This document shows, piece after piece, positions 37,502 through 46,867 of a stretch of DNA of 64,000 nt (positions are counted from its first letter, which is position 1; every line of letters starts with the position of its first letter). A program made the position numbers and the translations under genes. The notes beneath the pieces were generated by a model that did no database searches, had not been told where the DNA came from, and saw nothing but the letters and a program-made list of their open reading frames with translations. Origin of the DNA: Candidatus Daviesbacteria bacterium (GTDB lineage Bacteria; Patescibacteriota; Microgenomatia; Daviesbacterales; UBA10151); assembly GCA_016183305.1 (NCBI GenBank), contig JACPEW010000020.1, positions 4,247-68,246 on the forward strand. The letters are read 5' to 3'.

Positions 37502-37651
37502 AATAAGTTAAAAATCAAAAGTAAAAAGTTAAAAGTATGGTAGTTCTGCTTTGCAGAACTTTTTAATTTTAAATTGTAATTTTGATTTTTGAGTCTTCGA
37601 AAAAATAGTCTTTTGAAGAAAGTATATTTTTGCATTTTAAATTTTGAATTA

Positions 37652-38662
37652 CTATTTTCCAAGTAGTTTTAACAAGAAAACCTTAATTGGTGTTAACCGG
37701 TCAATAGCAGTAAATGCTAAATAAATAGGCCAGTTAAATACCAAATCATAAGTACTAATATATTCTACTAACCTGCCACCATATCCCTGTTTAAATCTGT
37801 GGAATCCATACCAGGGGTCTTTTGGGTCTGCATCAGGGCCTAAAGCTCCCCACATATCAAACTTTTTTAAGCCTAATTTCTTGCCTAATTTAATTGCTTC
37901 CCAAGCTACTAAATTATTGGCCATTACCTCCTGATGGGCTTTGGAAGAACCACCATAAGGATAATAAAGAGTGTCTTTAAAATTAAGTAACATCCAGGCA
38001 GTTAGAGGTTGGTTCTTATAATAGGCAATAATCAATCTAACTAGTCCAACTTTTTTTAGAGTTTCCCAAACTTGTTGATGATAATATTGGTTGTGCCCAT
38101 GGTAACCCTGTCTTTTGGTGGTGTCAAAATAGAGTTTTAAATAATCCTTAAAAGCCGCGTCATCTGTTTTAGATTCTACCTTTACCCCATGTCTTTGTGC
38201 AACCCTAATATTATATCTGGTTTTAGAATGCATGTTTTTTAACAATTCCTCTTCTGATTTTGTTAAATCCAAAACAAAGTTATATTTGGTGAAAAGTGGT
38301 TTTGGTGATTTCGTGAATCCATCTGTAACTTGTAACCTGTCCCCTGAAACCTGTTCTATATCTGGCTCTATTTTGACAAAAGCACAATTATTTTTTTTAC
38401 CAATTTCTTTTAAAGCCTCAGCTAGTTGCTTATCTGGGTCTGGCCCTTTAGGCAAATAACCTATATATTGATTGGTAAAGGGAATTTTATGTAAAACTAG
38501 CTGGAAAGCTGCAGTTAATTTATTATTCTGGTAAATGCCATATCTTAAAACCGGAATATCTAAACTTTTTCTAAACTCTCCCCACTCCCAAGACTGAATT
38601 ACATGAGTAACTAACTTATTATATTGAGCTTTCTGTTTGTCAGTGATTGGTCGCAAATCCAT
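37652..38662 (-). CDS. FemAB-family peptidoglycan aminoacyltransferase
   Basis: 336 aa. SWEWGEF, TRYNIR, TTKRQGY..H...Y, YYPYGGSS pattern of FemX/MurM-type enzymes. Confidence 0.75.
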   Translation of the reverse strand: MDLRPITDKQKAQYNKLVTHVIQSWEWGEFRKSLDIPVLRYGIYQNNKLTAAFQLVLHKIPFTNQYIGYLPKGPDPDKQLAEALKEIGKKNNCAFVKIEPDIEQVSGDRLQVTDGFTKSPKPLFTKYNFVLDLTKSEEELLKNMHSKTRYNIRVAQRHGVKVESKTDDAAFKDYLKLYFDTTKRQGYHGHNQYYHQQVWETLKKVGLVRLIIAYYKNQPLTAWMLLNFKDTLYYPYGGSSKAHQEVMANNLVAWEAIKLGKKLGLKKFDMWGALGPDADPKDPWYGFHRFKQGYGGRLVEYISTYDLVFNWPIYLAFTAIDRLTPIKVFLLKLLGK

Positions 38663-38674
38663 GCAACCATTATA

Positions 38675-39349
38675 CTAGAAGATTTGGATTTTAGCTTTAG
38701 AGCGGAGTTCTTGAAATTTTTGCTGGAATATTTGGGATAATTTTTGGTTTCTTAAAGCATCAGTTGCTTCTTTTTTCTGTCCAGCAGAATCTGTAGCTTT
38801 GAGCTGTTCGCTATTTTGTTCTATAAATTCTTCCACCTCTTGTGCAGAAACTGTAGCTTCTTTAGCATAAAGCTTTTCAATAGAAAGTTGGAGTTTAATC
38901 TGTTGTCTAATAGAATCCTTAGTTTGACCTTGTTGAGAAAGCAAAGCATTTAAAGCTTCTGCTCCGCCAATACTGGTTTCTATCTCGGATATTTTTTTGT
39001 TAACTTCTACTTCAGTTACTACAGCATTATTTTTAATTGCCTCGTTTAAAATAACTCTCTCATTAATTAGCTGATTTAAGACTTGAGTACGGAATTCTTT
39101 ATTTAAGCGCAGTTGTAGATCTAAATTAGTAATAGGAGAACTATTAACAGTAGCAGCAATAAACCAATTCTTTTTATATACAGCCAAAAGTAATAATACA
39201 GCAATGATTAAAACAATATAAAAAGTTTTGGATCTTCTAAAATTAATAACCTTATCTGAATAAGTATTTAGAAAATTATTTAACTTACCTCCCGGGATAA
39301 TTTCTAAATTTTGATTTTTGACCTTTGATTTTTGACCTTTTTTCACCAT
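38675..39349 (-). CDS. SurA N-terminal-domain-like periplasmic chaperone (no PPIase domain seen)
   Basis: TM anchor, then VNSSPITNLDLQLRLNKEF..QVLNQLINERVILNEA. Confidence 0.45.
   Translation of the reverse strand: MVKKGQKSKVKNQNLEIIPGGKLNNFLNTYSDKVINFRRSKTFYIVLIIAVLLLLAVYKKNWFIAATVNSSPITNLDLQLRLNKEFRTQVLNQLINERVILNEAIKNNAVVTEVEVNKKISEIETSIGGAEALNALLSQQGQTKDSIRQQIKLQLSIEKLYAKEATVSAQEVEEFIEQNSEQLKATDSAGQKKEATDALRNQKLSQIFQQKFQELRSKAKIQIF
39311..39338. repeat. 28-bp tandem repeat (14-mer x2, heptamer periodicity) in a gene 5' end
   Basis: ttgatttttgacct x2 on the + strand. Encodes KGQKSKVKNQ at the N-terminus of the 38675..39349 product. Confidence 0.95.
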
Positions 39350-39406
39350 TGGCCGATAATAACAAAATTACTTGCATCTTGGCAATAGCTAACTTATGAT
39401 GATTGT

Positions 39407-40057
39407 ATGCACTTCGACTATGCTCAGTGTAAACAAAAAGGCTCTGTCCAGCTTTTGGTAATTATTGCGATTCTACTGTTTATTGGCGGAAGTGTAGTAT
39501 ATTTTCTCTCAAGTCAGAAGAAAAACAAAGAAACCCTGCCTACTCCATATAATAGTTATAACAATTATTCTAACCAATCCTTGGGTTTTGAGTTTCAGTA
39601 TGCAGACAAAGCCTTAGCAGTTAAAGGAGATTCAGAAGAAGAATTTAATAAACGGGGTAATGGTAATTTTAGAAAAAATTTTAAAGGTTATGTTGGCTAT
39701 GAACCAGGAAAGCCTCTAGGAGCTGTAGCAGTTTTAGATAAAACAGCTTCTTATGAAACTAATCCTTTTTCTGTTTGGGTTTTTGATAATCCTAATGAGT
39801 TGGCTGTTGATAAGTGGTTTGATAATTACTGGTATTACCCTTTTGTTTGGGGAGTATTTGATTGGACTTCAAAGAGCCATATTGCTCCGGATACAGAAGC
39901 AACAATCAGCGGTCAATTAGCTAAATCTAAAATTATTGCTTATCAACCTGGCAAGCCAAAGTTTATCTACATAAAAAATAAAGATAAGATGTATTTGATT
40001 AGGCTATTTGAAGGTGAAGGGGATAAATTGCTTTCTACTTTTAAGTTTTTAGAGTAG
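39407..40057 (+). CDS. hypothetical anchored protein (paralog of 54779..55462)
   Basis: N-terminal TM. The C-terminal FIYIKNKDKMYLI...LLSTFKFLE resembles VFIKNKNLIYTI...LVSTFKFVN of the other ORF. Confidence 0.45.
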   Translation: MHFDYAQCKQKGSVQLLVIIAILLFIGGSVVYFLSSQKKNKETLPTPYNSYNNYSNQSLGFEFQYADKALAVKGDSEEEFNKRGNGNFRKNFKGYVGYEPGKPLGAVAVLDKTASYETNPFSVWVFDNPNELAVDKWFDNYWYYPFVWGVFDWTSKSHIAPDTEATISGQLAKSKIIAYQPGKPKFIYIKNKDKMYLIRLFEGEGDKLLSTFKFLE

Positions 40058-40744
40058 ATAAATATCGATAAAACGGGCCCGCCAGCCAGCAGTTCTGGCA
40101 TCCTCAAAACCTAAATCAATAATATTGCCCTTAATTGCTCCCCCTGTATCTCCAGCAACAGCCATACCGTATCCAGGAATATAAACCTTGCTTCTTAGGC
40201 GAATAACTTTAGGATCAACTGCAATTACTCCTTTGCCTGCCCTCATGCCTATGGCTGTCCACTCATCACAGCCCTTACAACGTGAATCATAATGGGTGGC
40301 ATAAACCCGCATTTTCTTCCAGTATTTTATTTGTCCATCAGCTGTATCTAGAGTTTTCCAAACGATTTTAGTGCCTCTTAAAATTTTCTTATCTTTGGCT
40401 GGAATAGTTTCAACTGATACTAATTCTCTTTCAAATTCTTTGCCGTCTAAAGAGTAAGTAACTTTAAAAATTTTAGTTTTTTTACCATCACTACCTTCTT
40501 CCACAACTTTTTCTTCTCCTGCTTCAGTTTCTGGATCATCCTGGTAGACTACTTTTTTAGTTATAGCTTCACTTTCTTCCTGTAATTTAATTGTAAAGGA
40601 AGACTCGGTAGTAACAGGTTGGTTTATAGGTAAAATTTCTGTAGGAGAAAGAGTAGAGGTGCCTAAAACAGCAGGGGGCTGCCAAAAGGTTTTAGCAAAT
40701 ATGGTTAAGATAATGATTAAAAGAGCGCCTAAATAGCGTTCCAT
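40049..40744 (-). CDS. G5-domain and 3D-domain cell-wall protein
   Basis: G5-like VVYQDDPETEAGEEKVVEEGSDGKKT and 3D domain YATHYD...AIGMRAGKGVIAVDPKVI...VAGDTGGAIKGN.IDL. Confidence 0.65.
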   Translation of the reverse strand: MERYLGALLIIILTIFAKTFWQPPAVLGTSTLSPTEILPINQPVTTESSFTIKLQEESEAITKKVVYQDDPETEAGEEKVVEEGSDGKKTKIFKVTYSLDGKEFERELVSVETIPAKDKKILRGTKIVWKTLDTADGQIKYWKKMRVYATHYDSRCKGCDEWTAIGMRAGKGVIAVDPKVIRLRSKVYIPGYGMAVAGDTGGAIKGNIIDLGFEDARTAGWRARFIDIYLL

Positions 40745-40759
40745 ATTTAGTTTAGACTA

Positions 40760-42682
40760 TTAATAATTTAACCAATCATCTTTGTCCGGACTAGTATCAT
40801 CAAACGAGTCTTGACCCATGAAGTTGCTATTTGAGGTAATTAATTCCTTTGGGATATCTGATAAAAACCGGGAAACTAAATTATTGTTTCTTTGGCCAAA
40901 ATATAATCTTTGTCTGGTATAGGTTAAATATAATTTAATCTTGGCTCTGGTAATACCAACATAACAAAGTCTTCTTTCTTCCTCCAGTTCAGCCATATCC
41001 AGCATTGATCTGGAATGGGGGAATAACCCTTCTTCCATGCCTACCATAAACACTATGGGAAACTCTAACCCTTTGGCAGAATGCAGAGTCATTAAAGTAA
41101 CTGCGTTAGTCAGCTGTTCGCTATTAGCTTTTCGCTTTTGGCCAGATAGATGGCTATTTTCCACTAAAGCCACATTTTCCATAAATTCAATTAGGTTGGG
41201 AAATTCTTCAGCCACTGATCTAAGTTCTTTTACATTCTCTACCCTCCCTTTGCCTTCTTCCGTGCCATCGTCAAGATAGGCTAAATAGCCTGTTTTCTGA
41301 AGTATCTGGTCCAGTAGATCTAATGTGGAATATTGATCTATTTGAGGGCTTACTTCTGCAACAAGCTCCATAACCTTTCCTAACCTGCCTTTGCCAATTT
41401 TTTCAGCCCTTTTTAAAGCAACAGAATCTTTGGGGTTTTGCAGTAAACGGAGATATGAAAGCACATCTTTAATTTCCCTTCTTTCATAAAAGCTCACTCC
41501 TCCTACTAATTTATAGGGGATGCCAGCTTTTAAAAACTGTTCCTCCAAAGACCTTGATTGAGCATTAGTGCGGTACAAAATAGCAAAATCGGATAGTTTA
41601 GGTACACCTCCGGGGTGTGAGTTAGGTGACTGCTTGCGCTCACCTCGGAGGTGAGCTATGGTATCGATGATAAATAGCGCTTCTTCTACCTCATTTCTAA
41701 CTTCTACCACTTCTATTTTTTCTCCATTATCATTACTAGTCCAAAGTTTTAAAATAGGGTGGGACCTATTTTTTGAAATTACTGCAAAAGCTGTATCTAA
41801 GATATTTTGAGTAGATCTATAGTTTTGTTCTAAATTAAAAATTTTTGCGCCAGGATAATCTTTTTGGAAATTCAACATATTCCTATAATCAGCTCCTCTG
41901 AACGAATATATACTTTGTGCCATGTCTCCAACTACACAAATATTTTTGTGTCTGTTGGCCAAATATTTAGAAATTAAATATTGGGCAGGATTAGTATCCT
42001 GGTATTCATCAATTAAAATATACCTAAATTGGATTTGATAGCGGGTTAAAATTCTGGGATCTGTCTGGAAAAGTTTAATGGTTTTTAACAGCAAATCATC
42101 AAAATCTAAAGCATGATTATCCTCTAGAATTTTTTGATATTCCAGATAAATTTTAGCTACAGTTTCCTGAAAATAACCTCTGGCATATTGAGGGTATTCT
42201 AAAGCAGAAATAAGCTCATTTTTAGCTCCTGAGATAGTGGAGCGGACTGCATGAGGGGAAGTTTTTTGGGTAGGAATATTTAATTTACTCATTGCTTGTT
42301 TAATAGCATCTAAAGCATCGCCCTCATCATAAATAGCAAAACCAGGAGGCAGGCCTAAAACTTGGCCTTCCCGGCGCAATATCTTGGTGCAAAAAGAATG
42401 GAATGTTCCCATAACGGGAAGGTTGTAGGTGGTAGTTTGTAGGTTGTAGTTAAGGAGTTTTAAAATGCGGTCCCGCATCTCTCCGGCTGCTTTATTGGTA
42501 AATGTGACCATGAGAATATTTTCAGGAGGAATTTGTTTTTCTTTGATTAAATAAGATACCCGGTGGGTTAAGGCTTTCGTCTTCCCGCTTCCTGCGCCTG
42601 CCAAAATTAAAACCGGGCCTTCAGTGGTTTTAACAGCTTTTCGTTGGATAGGATTTAACTCATCAAGCAGGGAAGAAGACAT
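40760..42682 (-). CDS. pcrA: ATP-dependent DNA helicase PcrA/UvrD
   Basis: AGAGSGKTKALTHR, TFHSFC, LIDEYQDTN, VGDMAQSIYSFRGA, QNYRST, LYRTNAQSR, TLHSAKGLEFP, RRLCYVGITRA. Confidence 0.9.
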   Translation of the reverse strand: MSSSLLDELNPIQRKAVKTTEGPVLILAGAGSGKTKALTHRVSYLIKEKQIPPENILMVTFTNKAAGEMRDRILKLLNYNLQTTTYNLPVMGTFHSFCTKILRREGQVLGLPPGFAIYDEGDALDAIKQAMSKLNIPTQKTSPHAVRSTISGAKNELISALEYPQYARGYFQETVAKIYLEYQKILEDNHALDFDDLLLKTIKLFQTDPRILTRYQIQFRYILIDEYQDTNPAQYLISKYLANRHKNICVVGDMAQSIYSFRGADYRNMLNFQKDYPGAKIFNLEQNYRSTQNILDTAFAVISKNRSHPILKLWTSNDNGEKIEVVEVRNEVEEALFIIDTIAHLRGERKQSPNSHPGGVPKLSDFAILYRTNAQSRSLEEQFLKAGIPYKLVGGVSFYERREIKDVLSYLRLLQNPKDSVALKRAEKIGKGRLGKVMELVAEVSPQIDQYSTLDLLDQILQKTGYLAYLDDGTEEGKGRVENVKELRSVAEEFPNLIEFMENVALVENSHLSGQKRKANSEQLTNAVTLMTLHSAKGLEFPIVFMVGMEEGLFPHSRSMLDMAELEEERRLCYVGITRAKIKLYLTYTRQRLYFGQRNNNLVSRFLSDIPKELITSNSNFMGQDSFDDTSPDKDDWLNY

Positions 42683-42743
42683 GACGCTGCATATATTAAC
42701 ATTCTGCTTATAGAATTTACAAACTATGTTTAGACTGGAAAAT

Positions 42744-43013
42744 TTAAATTATGAATTGGCAGGTAGATATTTTGAAGGACTGCTTATCAATAGTGTCTAC
42801 TACTGCAGCTTTCATTATTTCTGCCTGGGTTAATAGATGGTAGTTTATAAATCTTTGGTAAAAACTTTTAATATCAGATTGCTTGTGGAATTTGTAGGCA
42901 GCTAGTTCTGTTTGATAAGCTGCGGTCCGGTTTAAAGTATAGGTATTTAAATTTAGCTTTTGGCAAAATTCCACCAAAGAATGAGTTTGCGTAGGTTCAA
43001 AGTCAAAAATCAT
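42744..43013 (-). CDS. hypothetical protein
   Basis: 89-aa ORF, no family recognised. Confidence 0.35.
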   Translation of the reverse strand: MIFDFEPTQTHSLVEFCQKLNLNTYTLNRTAAYQTELAAYKFHKQSDIKSFYQRFINYHLLTQAEIMKAAVVDTIDKQSFKISTCQFII

Positions 43014-43139
43014 GGCTATAACTTTGTCTGCTAAAACCTACTGTAATAGCTTTGCTGCTACTAAGGAATTAATGTCTAAAGATACTTCCGCTATAATTTT
43101 GGTATAACCTTGTTTAATTAAATCCTTCTGGGAGTATTG

Positions 43140-43159
43140 AAGTAAGTAAGTAAGTAAGT
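43140..43159. repeat. tetranucleotide repeat (AAGT)x5
   Basis: aagtaagtaagtaagtaagt read directly, in the divergent intergenic region. Confidence 0.98.
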
Positions 43160-43250
43160 TTACTGATCAATTGATCATCAATGTTTTTCTTATTAAACAA
43201 ACTGGACAGGTTTATTGTTTTGTATTATTTAGTAATAGTATACTAATTTT

Positions 43251-44147
43251 ATGGACAACCCGCCTTCTCCTGTTCAAGTAGCTCAAGGTTCTTCCTCAGG
43301 TGGTAATAAAGAGGATGAGGAGTCTTTATTTGAAGCAAAAATAAACAATCCTTTTAGCAAATTCTTTGGTTGGATTAAAAGATTAATTCAGAGTGAAGGG
43401 ATAAATATTAAAATTAAACCCCTAACAGCTATTGGTTTGGTTATGGCTTTGACAGGAGGCGGAGGAATAATAGGTGGTGTTATAGTCTATTTTTTTCCGC
43501 ATAATTCTCCAATCCTCCACAGGGAAGTAATGTATCAGGGCAGCTTACAAAGAACAGAAAAAGGCTTCTTTTTAACCTTACCTAACTCAGACTTATATAT
43601 CTTAAGACCTAAAGTAAACTCCAGTATTAATTTTCAGACCCTGCAAAATGGACAAGCTTTGATAAAAGGCAATCTGACTCCGGAAAATTTTGTGATTGAA
43701 GTATCGGAAATTATCCTTTTGAATCCATCAGCTTCGCTAAATCCAACCCCGGAGGTTGCTGTTCCCCAGATTTCCCTAAATTCCCCTAATTCTCCCAATC
43801 TCCCAAACAGCTCAACTCTTCCTGATCTTTATTCTGGTCTAAAGTGGGAAACCAATCAAAAGAAGCTGTTAATCTTTACCTCTGGCAAGAGAAAGATAGA
43901 ACAGGAAGGTATTTATCTGGAATCTGCTCAAATTTCTGCTTTTCCCCAGGATTTTATTAATTACTATCTTGGAAGCCTAAAAGCTCAAGGTTTTAAAGAA
44001 ACCTTAAATTCTATTAATCCCGAAGGAATTACTATTACCTATGCCAAAGATAATTTATTCTTAACCTTTGGCATCAAAAATATCTACAAAGGACCGGGGG
44101 ATAGAAAACAGCCTTCAGGCTACAAAGCCTTTATCGAGCATAACTAA
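43251..44147 (+). CDS. hypothetical membrane-anchored protein
   Basis: 298 aa, one TM helix (IGLVMALTGGGGIIGGVIVYFF), NSPNSPNLPNSS low-complexity linker. Confidence 0.45.
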   Translation: MDNPPSPVQVAQGSSSGGNKEDEESLFEAKINNPFSKFFGWIKRLIQSEGINIKIKPLTAIGLVMALTGGGGIIGGVIVYFFPHNSPILHREVMYQGSLQRTEKGFFLTLPNSDLYILRPKVNSSINFQTLQNGQALIKGNLTPENFVIEVSEIILLNPSASLNPTPEVAVPQISLNSPNSPNLPNSSTLPDLYSGLKWETNQKKLLIFTSGKRKIEQEGIYLESAQISAFPQDFINYYLGSLKAQGFKETLNSINPEGITITYAKDNLFLTFGIKNIYKGPGDRKQPSGYKAFIEHN

Positions 44148-44194
44148 TTTTCCTCTTTTATATTTTTTAAAAGAGTGATATTATCTTTGTCCGT

Positions 44195-45877
44195 ATGGTT
44201 AAACTTTTAGACTTTTGGGCTCCTTGGTGTGTAGATCCTCAAACTCCAGTATTAACAGAAAATGGTTATTTGCCTGCTTCAAAAATACAAGTTAATATAA
44301 ATCTACTAACAATTGATCCAAGAACGAAAAAACAGAGTCTTAAAAAGGTTAAAAAAATAAGAATTTTTAAGGATATTCCATCTAAGAGAATAATTTTGGA
44401 AACTGGAATAAATCTAATAGGAGATGTTAATCATCTGGTTTTAACCCAAGAAGGATTTAAGTCTTTAGGCAAGCTTAAGATTGGAGAGAGAGTTTTAATA
44501 AACCCTGTACAGGCTTCAGTTTTCGAACCGATTACTGATACAATCATACTGGAGACCACTGGGAATAATTTTGCTGATAAAGTTTTAAAAAGCTTAAACT
44601 TATTGCCTTTAAGATCAAATGATATCAGATTACCAGTTTTAGCAAGGTTGTTGGGCTTTGTAATGACCGATGGATATTATTTAAGACACAATATTTATGA
44701 AACACATTTTTTTATGGATACGGAAAAGGACGCTCAAGATATAAAAGCGGATTTACAAATTTTAGGTTTTGATAAATTGGAGATTAAACGACAGATCAAA
44801 AATCGCCAAATTGGAGAAAGAAAATTTACAATTAGCATTTTACGTTGTCGTAACTTGAACAAAGCAATATTTTTCTTGCTCAAAGCTTTAGGGGCTCCTG
44901 AAGGAAGAAAGAAAAATCAAGCTTATTTTATTTCGGATTGGATTATGGATGGAGAAAATTCTATTAAAAGAGCCTTTCTGAGTGGGTGGTTAGGTGGTGA
45001 TGGATGTAAAATCACCTATAGAGTAAAACACGAAGGAACAAGTTCTCATGATGCTGGATTTCATGTAAACGCAATCGAATTTCATAAAGAAAAAGAACTA
45101 GAGAAGGAAGGTATACTGTATGCTAAACAATTAGCAATTCTATTTGAGGAACTTGGAGTTGAGGTTAGAGATATATCAAGTAGCGGTGATGAGGATGGGG
45201 TTATTATATATCTTAGAGTTTCGAATTCTTATCCCTCACTACTAAATTTAACCAAGATTGGTTATGCCTATGCTTCGACTAAAAATAAACAAGTCCCCTT
45301 TATAAAGGAGTTTTTGAAGTATAGGTTGTTTGAACGAAGTAGTTATGCTGAGGTTAAAGAAATTGTTTTGAAGCAATTGGCGCTTGGAGTAAGTAATAGA
45401 AGTATAGCCGAAAATTTACAAATTCCTTTACATACAGTAGTCAGTTGGAGATATACAAGTCGCAATTCAAATATCTCGCATCCTTCTAACTCTGGTCAGG
45501 CGCTTTTTACAGAATGGTTGGAAGATAGGCAGGAAGGAAAATTATTGTGGGAAAAGGTAAAATTTATAGGTGATGCTGAGAATCGTGATGTAGTTGGTAT
45601 TACAGTAGCAAATCCCCATACGATTGTGACTAATGGAATAGTTTCTCATAATTGCGGTCCCTGCAGATTAATGAGTTCTATTATTGAAGAACTGGAGAAA
45701 GAATGGGCTGGGAAAGTAGAGGTAGAGAAAATTAATGTTGATGAATCTCCAGATAAAGCTTCTAAATATGGAGTAATGAGTATTCCTACTTTTATTGCCT
45801 TAAAAGATGAAAAAGAAGTAGGCAGGAAAATTGGAGTTACCGCCAAAGAAGATCTTCTTAAGTTGCTGCAATCATAA
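44195..45877 (+). CDS. trxA: thioredoxin precursor containing an intein
   Basis: Exteins MVKLLDFWAPW + CGPCRLMSSIIEELEKEW...YGVMSIPTFIALKDEKEVGRKIGV join to a WCGPC thioredoxin of 85 aa. Confidence 0.85.
   Translation: MVKLLDFWAPWCVDPQTPVLTENGYLPASKIQVNINLLTIDPRTKKQSLKKVKKIRIFKDIPSKRIILETGINLIGDVNHLVLTQEGFKSLGKLKIGERVLINPVQASVFEPITDTIILETTGNNFADKVLKSLNLLPLRSNDIRLPVLARLLGFVMTDGYYLRHNIYETHFFMDTEKDAQDIKADLQILGFDKLEIKRQIKNRQIGERKFTISILRCRNLNKAIFFLLKALGAPEGRKKNQAYFISDWIMDGENSIKRAFLSGWLGGDGCKITYRVKHEGTSSHDAGFHVNAIEFHKEKELEKEGILYAKQLAILFEELGVEVRDISSSGDEDGVIIYLRVSNSYPSLLNLTKIGYAYASTKNKQVPFIKEFLKYRLFERSSYAEVKEIVLKQLALGVSNRSIAENLQIPLHTVVSWRYTSRNSNISHPSNSGQALFTEWLEDRQEGKLLWEKVKFIGDAENRDVVGITVANPHTIVTNGIVSHNCGPCRLMSSIIEELEKEWAGKVEVEKINVDESPDKASKYGVMSIPTFIALKDEKEVGRKIGVTAKEDLLKLLQS
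44228..45652 (+). mobile_element. intein (475 aa) with LAGLIDADG homing-endonuclease domain
   Basis: Starts Cys (CVDPQTPVLTENG), block-B-like GDVNHLVLT, LAGLIDADG motifs LARLLGFVMTDGY and FLSGWLGGDGC, HTH (SNRSIAENLQIPLHTV). Ends VVGITVANPHTIVTNGIVSHN, followed by Cys+1. Confidence 0.85.
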
Positions 45878-45896
45878 GTGATTAATCACTTTCATC

Positions 45897-46199
45897 ATGT
45901 CCTTTAAAGTTAAGGTAATAAATATAGTTAATCAAATTCCTTATGCTAGGGTTACCACCTATGGTACGATAGCCACCTTAGCAGGAATTCCCAGGGGAGG
46001 TAGGCTAGTAGGTGGGATTTTGCATAATTTTGGAGAGGAAATTCCCTGGTATAGAGTAGTTAACAGGCATGGATTTATCTCTACCAAATGCCTTGATCAC
46101 TTTAAAAAAGCTCAAAAGGCTTTACTTGAACAGGAAGGGATAGAAGTAAGCGCAGATTTCATGATAGACTTGGATAGGTATGGTTGGTTTCCTTACTAA
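45897..46199 (+). CDS. atl: alkyltransferase-like protein (MGMT DNA-binding domain, active-site Cys replaced by Trp)
   Basis: IPYARVTTYGTIA..AG.PRGGRLVGGIL......IPWYRVVN, where MGMT has PCHRV. Confidence 0.7.
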   Translation: MSFKVKVINIVNQIPYARVTTYGTIATLAGIPRGGRLVGGILHNFGEEIPWYRVVNRHGFISTKCLDHFKKAQKALLEQEGIEVSADFMIDLDRYGWFPY

Positions 46200-46201
46200 T
46201 T

Positions 46202-46867
46202 ATGTGGATTATTGCTAATTGGAAATCTAACAAAACAATAGCAGAAGCTTTAGATTGGCTGGCCCAAGCCGGACCCAAAATCCCCAAAAACCCTAATTTA
46301 ACAGTAGTAGTTTGCCCTTGTTTCAGCGCACTTTCAGAAGTTAAAAAAGCCATCATTGTTGGTAATTTTCCACTACTGGTAGGGGCTCAAGATTTATCAC
46401 CTTTTGGAATGGGCGCCTACACAGGAGAAGAACCGGCACAAATTTTAAGGGAGCTTATAACCCATGCAATTTTAGGTCATTCTGAAAGAAGGCAAAATTT
46501 TGGGGAAACAGATGAAATAATAAGTCAAAAAGCAGCTCAAGCTAAAGCCAACAACATCACCCCTTTGATTTGTGTACAGGGAACAGATATTTTAATACCA
46601 CAAGATTGTGAGCTGGTTGCTTTTGAGCCAATCTCTGCAATAGGCACAGGTAATCCTGATACTCCAGAAAATGCTAATGAAGTGGCTAAGACTTTAAAAG
46701 AAAAGAATGGTCAGGATATACAAGTGTTATATGGTGGAAGTGTGACTGCAGATAATGTTCAAAGTTTTCTTACACAATCCTTTTTAAGCGGAGTAATGAT
46801 TGGTAAAGCTTCTTTGGATGTACAAGAGTTTATTAAAATATGCAAGAAAGCTTTGGAAAATATTTAA
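46202..46867 (+). CDS. tpiA: triosephosphate isomerase
   Basis: IIANWKSN, GHSERR, AFEPISAIGTG, YGGSV. ATG 46202 directly follows the upstream stop. Confidence 0.85.
   Translation: MWIIANWKSNKTIAEALDWLAQAGPKIPKNPNLTVVVCPCFSALSEVKKAIIVGNFPLLVGAQDLSPFGMGAYTGEEPAQILRELITHAILGHSERRQNFGETDEIISQKAAQAKANNITPLICVQGTDILIPQDCELVAFEPISAIGTGNPDTPENANEVAKTLKEKNGQDIQVLYGGSVTADNVQSFLTQSFLSGVMIGKASLDVQEFIKICKKALENI

Noticed and set aside
43041-43166. 42-codon open frame upstream of and in frame with the 89-aa ORF, read as a longer gene with TGA and TAG readthrough
   Set aside because: It needs two in-frame stops to be ignored and has no recognisable domain. It is more simply a divergent regulatory spacer containing a microsatellite and an operator-like palindrome.
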